Shown one piece after another: positions 27,854 through 36,268 of a stretch of 64,000 nt of DNA. The notes beneath the pieces are model-generated. The model did no database searches. It was not told the origin of the DNA and saw nothing but the letters and a program-made list of their open reading frames with translations. Each line of letters starts with the position of its first letter. Position 1 is the stretch's first letter. A program made the translations under genes and the position numbers. Origin of the DNA: Candidatus Saccharimonadales bacterium (GTDB lineage: Bacteria; Patescibacteriota; Saccharimonadia; Saccharimonadales; JAUPVS01); assembly GCA_039920385.1 (NCBI GenBank), contig JBDSDR010000020.1, positions 6,341 through 70,340 on the forward strand, read 5' to 3'.

Positions 27854-27931
27854 TCTGCTATAATTAACCCCTAATAGGGTAGGGGCAAAAGCAAAAGCTG
27901 AAAAAGTCACCAAATTAAGAGGACAAAACCT

Positions 27932-28387
27932 ATGAAAAAATCATTCCACCTGACAGCCGAAGGCATAGCCGAATTACAGACCGAAGTTGCCGAATTAATT
28001 GCTCAGCGCGGTCCTGTTGCCGAACGAATCAAAGCCGCCCGAGAATTCGGTGACTTAGCCGAAAATGCCGAGTACACCTCGGCTCGTCAAGAACAAGAGC
28101 GTGTCGAAAACCGAATTGGCGAAATTGAGCACATCTTGCTTAACTCCGAAGTAATCAAAAAGCCGAAAGGCGATAAAGTTCAACTTGGTTGCAAGGTTAG
28201 CCTCAAGAGTGATGGTAAAGCCAAAGAGTTCCAGGTGGTTGGTACTGTCGAAGCCGACCCTCTAAACGGCAAAATCTCTGACGAGTCACCAATCGGCCAA
28301 GCTTTACTTGGCAAAAAAGTCGGGGATCAAGTCGAAATTAAAACTCCAGCCGAAACTCATACCTATAAAGTCGTCGCGATTAGCTAG
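27932..28387 (+). CDS. greA: Transcription elongation factor GreA
   Basis: N-terminal coiled coil with ...GDLAENAEY..A... and a C-terminal FKBP-like domain. AAGAGGA serves as the SD. Confidence 0.92.
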   Translation: MKKSFHLTAEGIAELQTEVAELIAQRGPVAERIKAAREFGDLAENAEYTSARQEQERVENRIGEIEHILLNSEVIKKPKGDKVQLGCKVSLKSDGKAKEFQVVGTVEADPLNGKISDESPIGQALLGKKVGDQVEIKTPAETHTYKVVAIS

Positions 28388-28419
28388 TAGCATAGCCACT
28401 CGACTGACTCCTCTACATA

Positions 28420-28788
28420 ATGCAAACTCCAACTGACGACGAATTCGATACCCTAGTTAGCCAGGCTCTCGATACACTGCCGACCCAATACGTTGCTAAG
28501 ATGACCAACGTAGCAATAGTTTACGCAGATGAACCAACCGAGCAACAACGACAAGAACTTAACTTACGCGGTGATCAAACTCTATTGGGGCTGTACCAGG
28601 GGGTCCCTTTGCCGCGCCGTAATGGAACAACCAACCTATTGCCCGACAAAATCACTCTGTTCAAGTTGCCCCTAACGGCCCATAGCCAAACCATGACTGA
28701 TCTTCAAGAAAACGTTCGTCATACTTTGTGGCACGAAATGGCTCACTATTTTGGGCTCGATCACAAACGTATCCACGAACTAGAGTAG
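28420..28788 (+). CDS. Small zincin-like metallopeptidase-family protein (HExxH)
   Basis: The C-terminal LWHEMAHYFGLDH motif and the 122-aa size fit the possible-metallopeptidase family. Confidence 0.7.
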   Translation: MQTPTDDEFDTLVSQALDTLPTQYVAKMTNVAIVYADEPTEQQRQELNLRGDQTLLGLYQGVPLPRRNGTTNLLPDKITLFKLPLTAHSQTMTDLQENVRHTLWHEMAHYFGLDHKRIHELE

Positions 28789-29310
28789 CTAGTTGGCCAT
28801 AATCTGGTAGCTATTAAATATGTGGTTAACTAACCCGGCGCCGTTGTAGAAGGCCGGCATAGTATCGGTTTCATAGTGAAGATCATCCATCGCCAAATCA
28901 AGCATGGTGCGTAAGATTTCATCACCTTCAAGCGCGAAATGCCAGACCAGCTCCTCATGTTCGGAACGTGGCGCATCTTGCATTAAGTTACTTAAGATTT
29001 TACCGTCGATGCGCGGTACGTCATACGGGGACTGTCCGCTGGTCAAGGTGTGGTAGGCGACAATCGAACCAGCCAGGTAGGCATTACCAAGCGCCCGGGC
29101 TTTTTCTTCATCACCACGTCGATCAATCTGCTGTGCAATTACCATGCCGCCAATCCATCTTAATCTTGCAAACAAGGGTTCATTAACAAACTCCATATCC
29201 ACCCAGGAGGAGTTAAGCGAGGGTTGAAGCTCCTTATGCGTAATGGTGGTCTTAAAGCGCTCCAGGTCGTCCGGGCTTCGCTGGAATGGCTTAGGATAGT
29301 AAGTTTTCAC
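28789..29310 (-). CDS. Hypothetical 173-aa protein
   Basis: Clean ORF convergent with 28420-28788. The two stop codons abut as TAGCTA. No recognisable motif. Confidence 0.65.
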   Translation of the reverse strand: MKTYYPKPFQRSPDDLERFKTTITHKELQPSLNSSWVDMEFVNEPLFARLRWIGGMVIAQQIDRRGDEEKARALGNAYLAGSIVAYHTLTSGQSPYDVPRIDGKILSNLMQDAPRSEHEELVWHFALEGDEILRTMLDLAMDDLHYETDTMPAFYNGAGLVNHIFNSYQIMAN

Positions 29311-29376
29311 AGTTACAGCCTATCACCGTGCCAAAATATACCCAAGCAACAGCGGGATATAGGGTATAATAGGGTT

Positions 29377-29679
29377 ATGAAAGCAATCTGGAACAATCAA
29401 ACCATCGCCGAAGCCCCTAAAGAAGATCTAATTTATATCGAAGGCAACTGGTATTTCCCAGCAGCCAGCGTTAAGCAACAATTTCTAAAAAAGAGCGATA
29501 CGCCTTACACCTGCCCATGGAAAGGTGTCTGCCAATACTTTAACGTTACAGCTGGCGACAAGACTAGCCAAGACAATGCCTGGAGTTACCCAGAGCCATT
29601 ACCCGGTGCCTTAGAGCGCGTCAAGAAAGACTTCTCTAATTACGTAGCCTTCTGGCAAGACGTCTCGGTTCAAGAGTAA
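29377..29679 (+). CDS. DUF427-family protein
   Basis: MKAIWNNQTIAEA...IEGNWYFP...TCPWKG.CQYF matches the DUF427 pattern. ATG 29377 is preferred over the track start at 29224. TATAAT at 29365-29370 lies 6 nt upstream. Confidence 0.75.
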   Translation: MKAIWNNQTIAEAPKEDLIYIEGNWYFPAASVKQQFLKKSDTPYTCPWKGVCQYFNVTAGDKTSQDNAWSYPEPLPGALERVKKDFSNYVAFWQDVSVQE

Positions 29680-29793
29680 TTCAGCCTACGGCTTCGGCCT
29701 AACCGACTGCAAGTGTTGACCGAAGGAACTTACGCTTGATTTTAAGCACAAAACGGTGCATGATATGTTCATAGAGACCAATAAGGAGGACAT

Positions 29794-30345
29794 ATGGTTA
29801 AAAAAGTCGCAGAAGATCTCGGTATTCACTGGTGGGCACTAACACTTCGTGGCATCGCCACAATTATGTTTGGTGTTGTTGCAGTCGTTTGGCCTGGCCT
29901 AACATTAGTTGGCTTGGTGTACATTCTAAGTGCATTCATTGCTATTAACGGTGTGATTAACATCGTTGAAGGCATGATGAGCATCGGTAAACACCGTGCT
30001 TGGTTCCTAACTTTGCTACTCGGTTTCTTGCAAGTAGCAGTTGGTTTGTACTTCGTACGCCACCTAGCTGTCACACTAGCTACCTTCATCTTGGTTGCCG
30101 GCCTCTTGTTCGTCGCTCGCGGCGTGCTCGAAGTTGTCGTGGCTTTTGCCGAAGATGGTGTCAGCACAACTGGCCGCACCATGACCATCATTGCTGGTCT
30201 CGTGTCATTCCTCGTTGGTATTGTTTTACTGTTCCAGCCGGTTTCTAGCGGCTTGGCATTTGTATGGTTGTTCGGAGTCTTCGCACTCGTGGCTGGCCCA
30301 ATGCAAATTGCTATGTCACTCGACGTCAAAAAACAGCTTTCCTAA
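29794..30345 (+). CDS. HdeD/DUF308-family membrane protein
   Basis: W.L.LRGI..I.FG..A...P N-terminus followed by six hydrophobic segments. AAGGAGGA serves as the SD. Confidence 0.7.
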   Translation: MVKKVAEDLGIHWWALTLRGIATIMFGVVAVVWPGLTLVGLVYILSAFIAINGVINIVEGMMSIGKHRAWFLTLLLGFLQVAVGLYFVRHLAVTLATFILVAGLLFVARGVLEVVVAFAEDGVSTTGRTMTIIAGLVSFLVGIVLLFQPVSSGLAFVWLFGVFALVAGPMQIAMSLDVKKQLS

Positions 30346-30368
30346 AAATTAACGTCCCGGTCTCTAAA

Positions 30369-30401
30369 AACAGCCACTTTGAAAAAGGTGGCTGTTTTCT
30401 T
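30369..30401 (+). terminator. Rho-independent terminator
   Basis: aacagccac (30369-30377) pairs with gtggctgtt (30388-30396), followed by ttctt. Confidence 0.75.
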
Positions 30402-30415
30402 GCTACACTAATACT

Positions 30416-30904
30416 ATGAAGAAACAACAAGCCATTTTTGCGGCTGGATGCTTTTGGGGAGTTCAGTATTACTTTGACCAAATCCCCGGTGTCCTCGAAA
30501 CCGTAGCTGGTTACACTGGCGGACACACCCAGAACCCTAGTTACGAAGATGTCTGCGGCCATACTACCGGCCACGCCGAAGCCGTCAAAATTACATTTGA
30601 CTCAAGTCAGGTCAGTTACAAAACACTCCTCAAACAGTTCTTTCGAATGCACGATCCAACCCAGTTAAATCGCCAAGGCCCTGATGTCGGCGATTCATAC
30701 CGTTCGGCCATATTCTACGTCAGTGAAATTCAGAAGCAAGACGCCCTAGATGCTAAAAAAGACGCTCAAACAGATTGGGATGAGCCGATTGTCACGCAGA
30801 TAAATGAGGCCGGGGAATTTTACGCGGCCGAAGACTATCATCAAAAGTTCGCCGAGCGGACCGGGCGAGGGATGTGTCATATCCCGTACCAACCAATAGT
30901 TTAG
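30416..30904 (+). CDS. msrA: Peptide methionine sulfoxide reductase MsrA
   Basis: Contains the GCFWGVQ active-site motif and HDPT. Confidence 0.93.
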   Translation: MKKQQAIFAAGCFWGVQYYFDQIPGVLETVAGYTGGHTQNPSYEDVCGHTTGHAEAVKITFDSSQVSYKTLLKQFFRMHDPTQLNRQGPDVGDSYRSAIFYVSEIQKQDALDAKKDAQTDWDEPIVTQINEAGEFYAAEDYHQKFAERTGRGMCHIPYQPIV

Positions 30905-30952
30905 TAACAAAACAAACTTGCTTTTTCATCTCGCTTATGTTAAAGTTTTAAT

Positions 30953-31696
30953 ATGTCGCTTGAAACAAAAACCGCTCCATACAGCATCAGCGAGCAATTA
31001 CTTCTAGCACAAGAATCGGTTATTCAGCCACCAGTCGCCGAATATATTTCGGTTGAAGAAGCTGCCGCTCTAGACACCCCTAATCAGTTGTCAGTCCAAA
31101 CTACTAACGGGCGGTTTGCGCCTCGTATGAGTGAGCTTCGGGCCAATGTCGCCGGACCTCAATATACAGATACTCAGGAACTGAGCCCTGTTGTAGCAGA
31201 GCAGCCAGTAATAATGCCAATCGAAGTCACTAAAGTCAGTTTGGCCAGTCGTCTAAAAACTAAGTTCAGCCGAGCTCGTCAAAATCTGCAAACCATTTTT
31301 CATAAAGAAGAAGCACCGACTAACGTCGAAAAGTTTGGTCGCCGTCGCGCTATAGCTGGATTGGCTGGTACGATTGCGGTTGGCCTAGTCATGTCAGTCG
31401 CCCCATCGACCAGTCCTTCTACTAATGTTGTCGAGCAGCATCCAATGACTAGTGTTACGGCTGTGGCCGAAGCAGTTAAAGCGCCAGCCCATCATAACAG
31501 TATGAATAGCTCTGTTGGCCAGGCCACTGGTCAGGAGTTCTCTAAACGTGATGAAGTTAGCCGTTATATCGTGGCTCATCCCGAAGCATCCCAGCGTTTG
31601 TTAACCTGGATTAGTACCAGCAAAGCCCAAAACCCAGCTATTAGCGATGCTCATATGCAGGATCAGTTTAACCACTACTTCAATATTGATAGCTAA
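30953..31696 (+). CDS. Hypothetical single-pass membrane protein
   Basis: One TM helix (AIAGLAGTIAVGLVMSVA) mid-protein. No recognisable motif. Confidence 0.65.
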   Translation: MSLETKTAPYSISEQLLLAQESVIQPPVAEYISVEEAAALDTPNQLSVQTTNGRFAPRMSELRANVAGPQYTDTQELSPVVAEQPVIMPIEVTKVSLASRLKTKFSRARQNLQTIFHKEEAPTNVEKFGRRRAIAGLAGTIAVGLVMSVAPSTSPSTNVVEQHPMTSVTAVAEAVKAPAHHNSMNSSVGQATGQEFSKRDEVSRYIVAHPEASQRLLTWISTSKAQNPAISDAHMQDQFNHYFNIDS

Positions 31697-31728
31697 TCCT
31701 CGGCCGACTCTTGTGGTAAAGTAGAGGT

Positions 31729-32553
31729 ATGCCTAAAAAAACTACTGCTAAAGCCAAATCGGCCAAGACTACAAAATCTAAAATCAGCTTCGATAGCCTC
31801 AATAAGTGGAATTTAATTATGGCGGCCCTGCACTTTGTGCAAGGTGTCGCAGTGATTATCTTGAGTGGTGCATCTAGTCTGCCAGTTACAACTAGCTATT
31901 TAACGCTCGATAAGTTGGCCTCGCAAAGCGGTAACCCAGTGTTGGTGGCGGCCAGCCGTCATTTGTTCGACGTAAATCTGGCTTACTTGGTAGCAGCCTT
32001 CTTCTTTATGTCGGCAATCGCTCACTTGGTAATCGCAACGGTTTACCGTAAAAACTACGAAGCCGATCTTAAGAAGGGCCTCAACAAGGCCCGTTGGATC
32101 GAGTACGGCATTAGCGCCAGTACCATGATGGTGGCCATTGCCATGCTTAGCGGTGTTTACGACCTATCTAGCTTGCTGATGATCTTTGCGCTGGACTTTA
32201 TCATGAATATGATGGGTCTAGTTATGGAAGTCCACAACCAGACTACCAAAAAGACTAATTGGTTGAGTTATGGAATTGGCTGTTTGGCCGGTATTGTGCC
32301 GTGGTTCGTCTTTGCCATTTATGTAGCCGGGGCTACCAGTTACGGCAGTGGCCAAGTGCCAAGTTTTGTTTATTGGATATACCTCAGTATGTTCCTGTTC
32401 TTTATGAGTTTTGCCGTCAATATGTTTTTGCAGTACAAGAAAATTGGCAAATGGGCCGACTATCTTTACGGTGAACGAGTTTATATGATTCTTAGCTTGG
32501 TTGCCAAATCGGCTCTGGCTTGGCAAGTATTCTTTGGGACGCTTAGACCATAA
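31729..32553 (+). CDS. Heliorhodopsin
   Basis: Seven TM helices. The sequence closely matches my recollection of heliorhodopsin 48C12: RWIEYGISASTMMVAIA, GCLAGIVPWFVFAIYV, GERVYMILSLVAKSALAWQVFFGTLRP (retinal Lys in SLVAKS) and the N-terminal LHFVQG His. Confidence 0.88.
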   Translation: MPKKTTAKAKSAKTTKSKISFDSLNKWNLIMAALHFVQGVAVIILSGASSLPVTTSYLTLDKLASQSGNPVLVAASRHLFDVNLAYLVAAFFFMSAIAHLVIATVYRKNYEADLKKGLNKARWIEYGISASTMMVAIAMLSGVYDLSSLLMIFALDFIMNMMGLVMEVHNQTTKKTNWLSYGIGCLAGIVPWFVFAIYVAGATSYGSGQVPSFVYWIYLSMFLFFMSFAVNMFLQYKKIGKWADYLYGERVYMILSLVAKSALAWQVFFGTLRP

Positions 32554-32555
32554 AT

Positions 32556-33188
32556 ATGAAACATGTCATTTTTGACTTTGACGGCACGCTGGTAAACAGC
32601 TTGCCGGTGGCAGTCAGCATCGCCGAAGAGATGGTGCCGGGGATAGACTTGAGCGACAAGCAGTTGGCCCAATTCCGCGAAATGCCGGCCCGCGAAATTA
32701 TTAAAGCCAGCGGTATTCCTTACTGGAAGCTGCTGCGTTTGCTAATTAAGGGCAAGAAGATTTTGGGAGCACACCTAGACGAATTAAAAGTTTTTCCGGG
32801 TATCGAAAAGGTCGTTAAAGATTTACATAAACAAGGCTTTCAACTCTCCGTCGTCAGTAGCAATAGCCAAGAAAATATTCATAAGGTTCTAAAGAGCCAG
32901 GGAATTGATGCTTACTTTAGCGGCGTTTATGGCAATGTTGGCCTGTTTGCTAAATCCCGAGTTTTTAAACTAATTTTAAAAGACCAAAAAGTTCTAGCCA
33001 GCCAGTGTGTCTATGTTGGTGACGAAGTCCGCGATATCGAATCATCACGCAAAGGCGGTCTGCCAATAGTTTCGGTTACTTGGGGCTACAACGGCAAAAA
33101 GATCTTATCATCGTACGAACCAACCTACATGGCCGATACCCCGCAACAACTTTACAAAATCATAACCGAACAGGTTCACATCGGGTGA
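32556..33188 (+). CDS. HAD-superfamily phosphatase (PGP-like)
   Basis: Contains VIFDFDGTLVNS (motif I), SVVSSN (motif II) and YVGDEVRD (motif IV). Confidence 0.85.
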   Translation: MKHVIFDFDGTLVNSLPVAVSIAEEMVPGIDLSDKQLAQFREMPAREIIKASGIPYWKLLRLLIKGKKILGAHLDELKVFPGIEKVVKDLHKQGFQLSVVSSNSQENIHKVLKSQGIDAYFSGVYGNVGLFAKSRVFKLILKDQKVLASQCVYVGDEVRDIESSRKGGLPIVSVTWGYNGKKILSSYEPTYMADTPQQLYKIITEQVHIG

Positions 33189-33871
33189 GGTTGCATCGTT
33201 TTTACACCACCGCTAAGTTAGAGCATTATGTTGAACTACGCGATCAACGCTTGCTTGATCAGTGGCGAAAGGTATTACGGTTTCGGCCTGGTCAAGAGGT
33301 GGTGTTATTTGACGGCCAGCAACACGAAAGGCTTTACAGTTTGAATGAACTGGGCAGAGATAAGGCCATCCTAGAATTGATAACTGATTTTGAGCGTAAA
33401 ACGCCCAGCAAAGAGGTGACCCTGTTCTGGAGTTTGCTCAAGAAAGATAAGAATGATTGGGTTCTGCAAAAAGCTACTGAGCTGGGAGTCAGCCACTTTG
33501 TGCCAATCTTGGCCGAACGGTCTGAGAAGACCGGTTTTAACGAAGACCGGGCTATAAAAATTGTTATCGAAGCGGCCGAACAGTGTGGTCGGAGCGATAT
33601 ACCGATGGTTCACTCGCCGATACTTTTGCAAACAGCCCTAAACGAGTACTCTAGTAAATTACCAATGTTTGTTTGTGAGCAAAATGACTTAACTAAGCCT
33701 AAGAACCCCAATTATCAAGAAGTCGGTGTGCTGGTTGGCCCAGAGGGCGGCTGGAGCGACAACGAAAAACAAATGTTTTTGAATCAAGAAGTCGGGAAGT
33801 TACAACTGGGCGAGTTTACGTTGCGAGCCGAAACCGCCAGTGTGACCGCGGCCGCTAAGCTTCTCAATTAG
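33185..33871 (+). CDS. rsmE: 16S rRNA (uracil1498-N3)-methyltransferase RsmE
   Basis: (V/M)RLHRFY N-terminus and the C-terminal GPEGGWS motif. The GTG at 33185 overlaps the HAD stop (GTGA). The track start at 33080 is an upstream extension. Confidence 0.85.
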   Translation: MRLHRFYTTAKLEHYVELRDQRLLDQWRKVLRFRPGQEVVLFDGQQHERLYSLNELGRDKAILELITDFERKTPSKEVTLFWSLLKKDKNDWVLQKATELGVSHFVPILAERSEKTGFNEDRAIKIVIEAAEQCGRSDIPMVHSPILLQTALNEYSSKLPMFVCEQNDLTKPKNPNYQEVGVLVGPEGGWSDNEKQMFLNQEVGKLQLGEFTLRAETASVTAAAKLLN

Positions 33872-33896
33872 CAGTAAAAGTGTTATAATATAGTTA

Positions 33897-34661
33897 ATGA
33901 TAGAAGTTCGCAGAGATTTAGAGTTGCCAACTGTACAGGATGGCGACCCCCAGGCTGTGCCCAAAATGGCCGAAGCTTTGCTTCAGGTTATCGATGGCGA
34001 TATACCGGCTGTTGGGATCGATCACACCGCCAGCGATTTGGGGCTAAATCATATCGAAGTTCATAATTCGCACCAGCGTATCATCTTTGAGGCCGCCAAA
34101 ATAATTAAACCAGAAGTTGTTATGGGTGACTCGTTTGATAAATTTGGTGGTCTTCAGCGCGATGCACACCAACCTCTACATAATGACCGACCAATTAGGA
34201 TGAGAGACGAAGAGCTTTGGTCGAATTCGGGCCAGCTCAGTTTGGTATTGTTTCTTCGTCTGCATACAGCTGACGGCCATAATGGGGCTAGTGTTACGTT
34301 GGCTAACTCACGCCCAGGGATTGACCCAGCAACAGCGCGGGATGGTGCCGTCTATCGCTTAAGGGGAGATAACAGGCAGACAGCTTTTGAAGAACTTGGC
34401 TACGACCCAACACTAGAATATTTAGGGGCAAGAATTAGCCCAGAAGCCGCTACCGGTATTTACGAAGGTGCGTCAGGAGTGGATGGAACACGCATAAGCG
34501 GTGACATTTACAGCTATACACAAAAACCGTTGTCCAGTGTACTATTTCGATCACGCGCCGCCCTTGGGTCGGTGACACTGCACGGCTTTAGATCGCTTGA
34601 TGCCAGCCAGGAGAGAACTTTTCATCTCTCTAATATCACGGCTTATTCGCAACTAATTTAG
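33897..34661 (+). CDS. Hypothetical protein, paralog family (conserved H[QE]PL, L.LH and C-terminal H-G-x9-R-T-F); metal-binding beta-barrel fold suspected but unverified
   Basis: Aligns by eye with the 35520 product: DAHQPL/DQFHEPL, LFLRLH/LLTLH, VTLHGFRSLDASQERTFHL/MSVHGSPIMEFDTVRTFFRL. TATAAT at 33883-33888 lies 8 nt upstream of the ATG. Confidence 0.75.
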   Translation: MIEVRRDLELPTVQDGDPQAVPKMAEALLQVIDGDIPAVGIDHTASDLGLNHIEVHNSHQRIIFEAAKIIKPEVVMGDSFDKFGGLQRDAHQPLHNDRPIRMRDEELWSNSGQLSLVLFLRLHTADGHNGASVTLANSRPGIDPATARDGAVYRLRGDNRQTAFEELGYDPTLEYLGARISPEAATGIYEGASGVDGTRISGDIYSYTQKPLSSVLFRSRAALGSVTLHGFRSLDASQERTFHLSNITAYSQLI

Positions 34662-34687
34662 TCGGCGAACTGCTACAATAAGACCCT

Positions 34688-35464
34688 ATGGCAAACTATT
34701 GGCAGGAGCGAAACAAACCATATCAACTCGGGCAAACCGAGGTTTTTAAAGTTAGTCGCAGTAAAATCGAACTGTTTATGCAGTGTCCGCGCTGTTTTTG
34801 GTTGGATGCTCGGTTAAAGATTAAGCGACCCAACGGTCCACCATTCAATATAAATAAAACCATCGACGAACTTTATAAAAAAGAATTCGATCGCCACCGG
34901 AAGGCGGGCACGCCGCACCCAATCATGGCTGACATCAAAGCCGTGCCGATGAAGCACGACAGCTTAGATCAATGGCGCCATAACTTTACTGGTGTGGTAG
35001 CCTTGCACAAGCCAACCAATCTGCACGTTTTTGGAGCAATCGATGACTTGTGGATTGATGACCAAGGCAATGCCATTGTGGTTGACTACAAAGCCACCTC
35101 CAAAGATAAAGAAGTTTCGATCGACTCTGATTGGCAGATTAGTTATAAACGCCAGCTCGAAGTTTACCAGTGGTTGCTGCGCCAAAACGATTTATCGGTT
35201 AGTGATGTCGGCTATTTTGTCTACACTAATGCCCGAATTGATGTTGATGGTTTTGCTGACAAACTCGAATTCCGGACCAAGCTCATCCCTTATAAAGGCA
35301 ATGACGCCTGGGTTGAGCCGACTCTAAAAAAGATGAAAGACTGTCTAGAAGGCGACATGCCAGCAGTTGGCACCGCCGCGATGGGCGGGGAGTGTGATTT
35401 TTGCGCTTACGCCAAGTCACGGACAATGTTGACCCTCCAGGCACTACAAAATAAATCAATCTAG
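34688..35464 (+). CDS. PD-(D/E)XK (RecB/Cas4-like) nuclease with two CxxC pairs
   Basis: Contains GAIDDL (motif II Asp), VVDYKAT (D-x-K) and QLEVYQWLL (QxxxY). CPRC near the N-terminus and CDFC near the C-terminus bracket the core. Confidence 0.8.
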   Translation: MANYWQERNKPYQLGQTEVFKVSRSKIELFMQCPRCFWLDARLKIKRPNGPPFNINKTIDELYKKEFDRHRKAGTPHPIMADIKAVPMKHDSLDQWRHNFTGVVALHKPTNLHVFGAIDDLWIDDQGNAIVVDYKATSKDKEVSIDSDWQISYKRQLEVYQWLLRQNDLSVSDVGYFVYTNARIDVDGFADKLEFRTKLIPYKGNDAWVEPTLKKMKDCLEGDMPAVGTAAMGGECDFCAYAKSRTMLTLQALQNKSI

Positions 35465-35494
35465 TGTACTAAACTACAAAATTGTTGTATAAAT

Positions 35495-35506
35495 ATTGTA
35501 TACAAT
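35495..35506. promoter_or_regulatory. Perfect 12-bp palindrome ATTGTATACAAT overlapping a -10-like TACAAT (candidate operator)
   Basis: Lies in the AT-rich 55-nt spacer upstream of ATG 35520. A partial direct copy, attgttgtata, sits at 35481-35491. Confidence 0.4.
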
Positions 35507-35519
35507 TAATTAAGGCTAG

Positions 35520-36218
35520 ATGGTGATTACTTTAGAAGTACCAAATGTTGTAGTTGATCTTGGACGAATTGACCCTTACGATGTGCGGCAACGGCAAGAT
35601 CGGATTGGCCAGCCCGATTCTGCTTCATCATCACCAAAACCGATCCACGTCGGCATGATTACCGAGCGAGCCGCTTTCTCTCAACCAATCGAGCTAGGCT
35701 TGATTGATGCCTCCGACTTGCCGCAAACCGATGGATCGATGTTTCACTCTTTTCCTATCGATCAAAAAACTGGTCGGGTACAATATGACTTGCCAAATGG
35801 GCTGGATCAGTTTCATGAGCCACTTAGGCTGGCGATTGGCCACGAAGAACGATATTACCCGGGTAGGCGTTACCGAGCGGCGCTGCTAACACTTCATCAA
35901 TCCCCGGTATTGGCTGGTACTGCCCAACGTTCATTCTGGCCAAAGGTACTGGATATGCATTGGGATAGCTCCGACCATAACTATGGATGTGCTGATGTCG
36001 CTCCAACCATACATTTGGTATCCGACGGAGTTGTACTAGATCGTAGTTTAATCCAGGCCACGTCAACCGAGAATTTCCCGCCGGGTAGCCGAGCATATCA
36101 AGCTGAGCCATACGAGATAGTCCAATCCAATGCTATGTCAGTCCACGGGTCACCAATCATGGAATTTGACACGGTTCGAACGTTTTTTCGGCTAGCCTAT
36201 ACCTACGAGATTAGGTAA
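35520..36218 (+). CDS. Hypothetical protein, paralog of the 33897 and 19511 products
   Basis: See 33897 and 19511. Contains HWD 62 aa upstream of VHG-x9-RTF. Confidence 0.75.
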   Translation: MVITLEVPNVVVDLGRIDPYDVRQRQDRIGQPDSASSSPKPIHVGMITERAAFSQPIELGLIDASDLPQTDGSMFHSFPIDQKTGRVQYDLPNGLDQFHEPLRLAIGHEERYYPGRRYRAALLTLHQSPVLAGTAQRSFWPKVLDMHWDSSDHNYGCADVAPTIHLVSDGVVLDRSLIQATSTENFPPGSRAYQAEPYEIVQSNAMSVHGSPIMEFDTVRTFFRLAYTYEIR

Positions 36219-36268
36219 CCGTAAAGACTCCATGTAACTCGGTCTCTATTTAGGCTATAATACAGAGT

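Noticed and set aside
29826-30329. 167-aa minus-strand ORF inside the DUF308 gene. Similar antisense or alternative-frame ORFs occur at 3102-3632, 24034-24495, 39474-39878, 60007-60360, 21516-21871 and 50452-50769.
   Set aside because: All lie fully within well-supported genes (family motifs on the other strand or frame). Their products are low-complexity or basic, as is typical of shadow ORFs.
33080-33184. ORF-track N-terminal extensions at 33080, 29224, 51313, 43968, 43580, 20575, 19351, 7602, 10587, 48728, 57979 and 45693.
   Set aside because: The extensions start at weak TTG/GTG or promoter-embedded codons and overlap upstream genes or promoters. Family-typical N-termini or SD/-10 signals support the downstream starts that I used.
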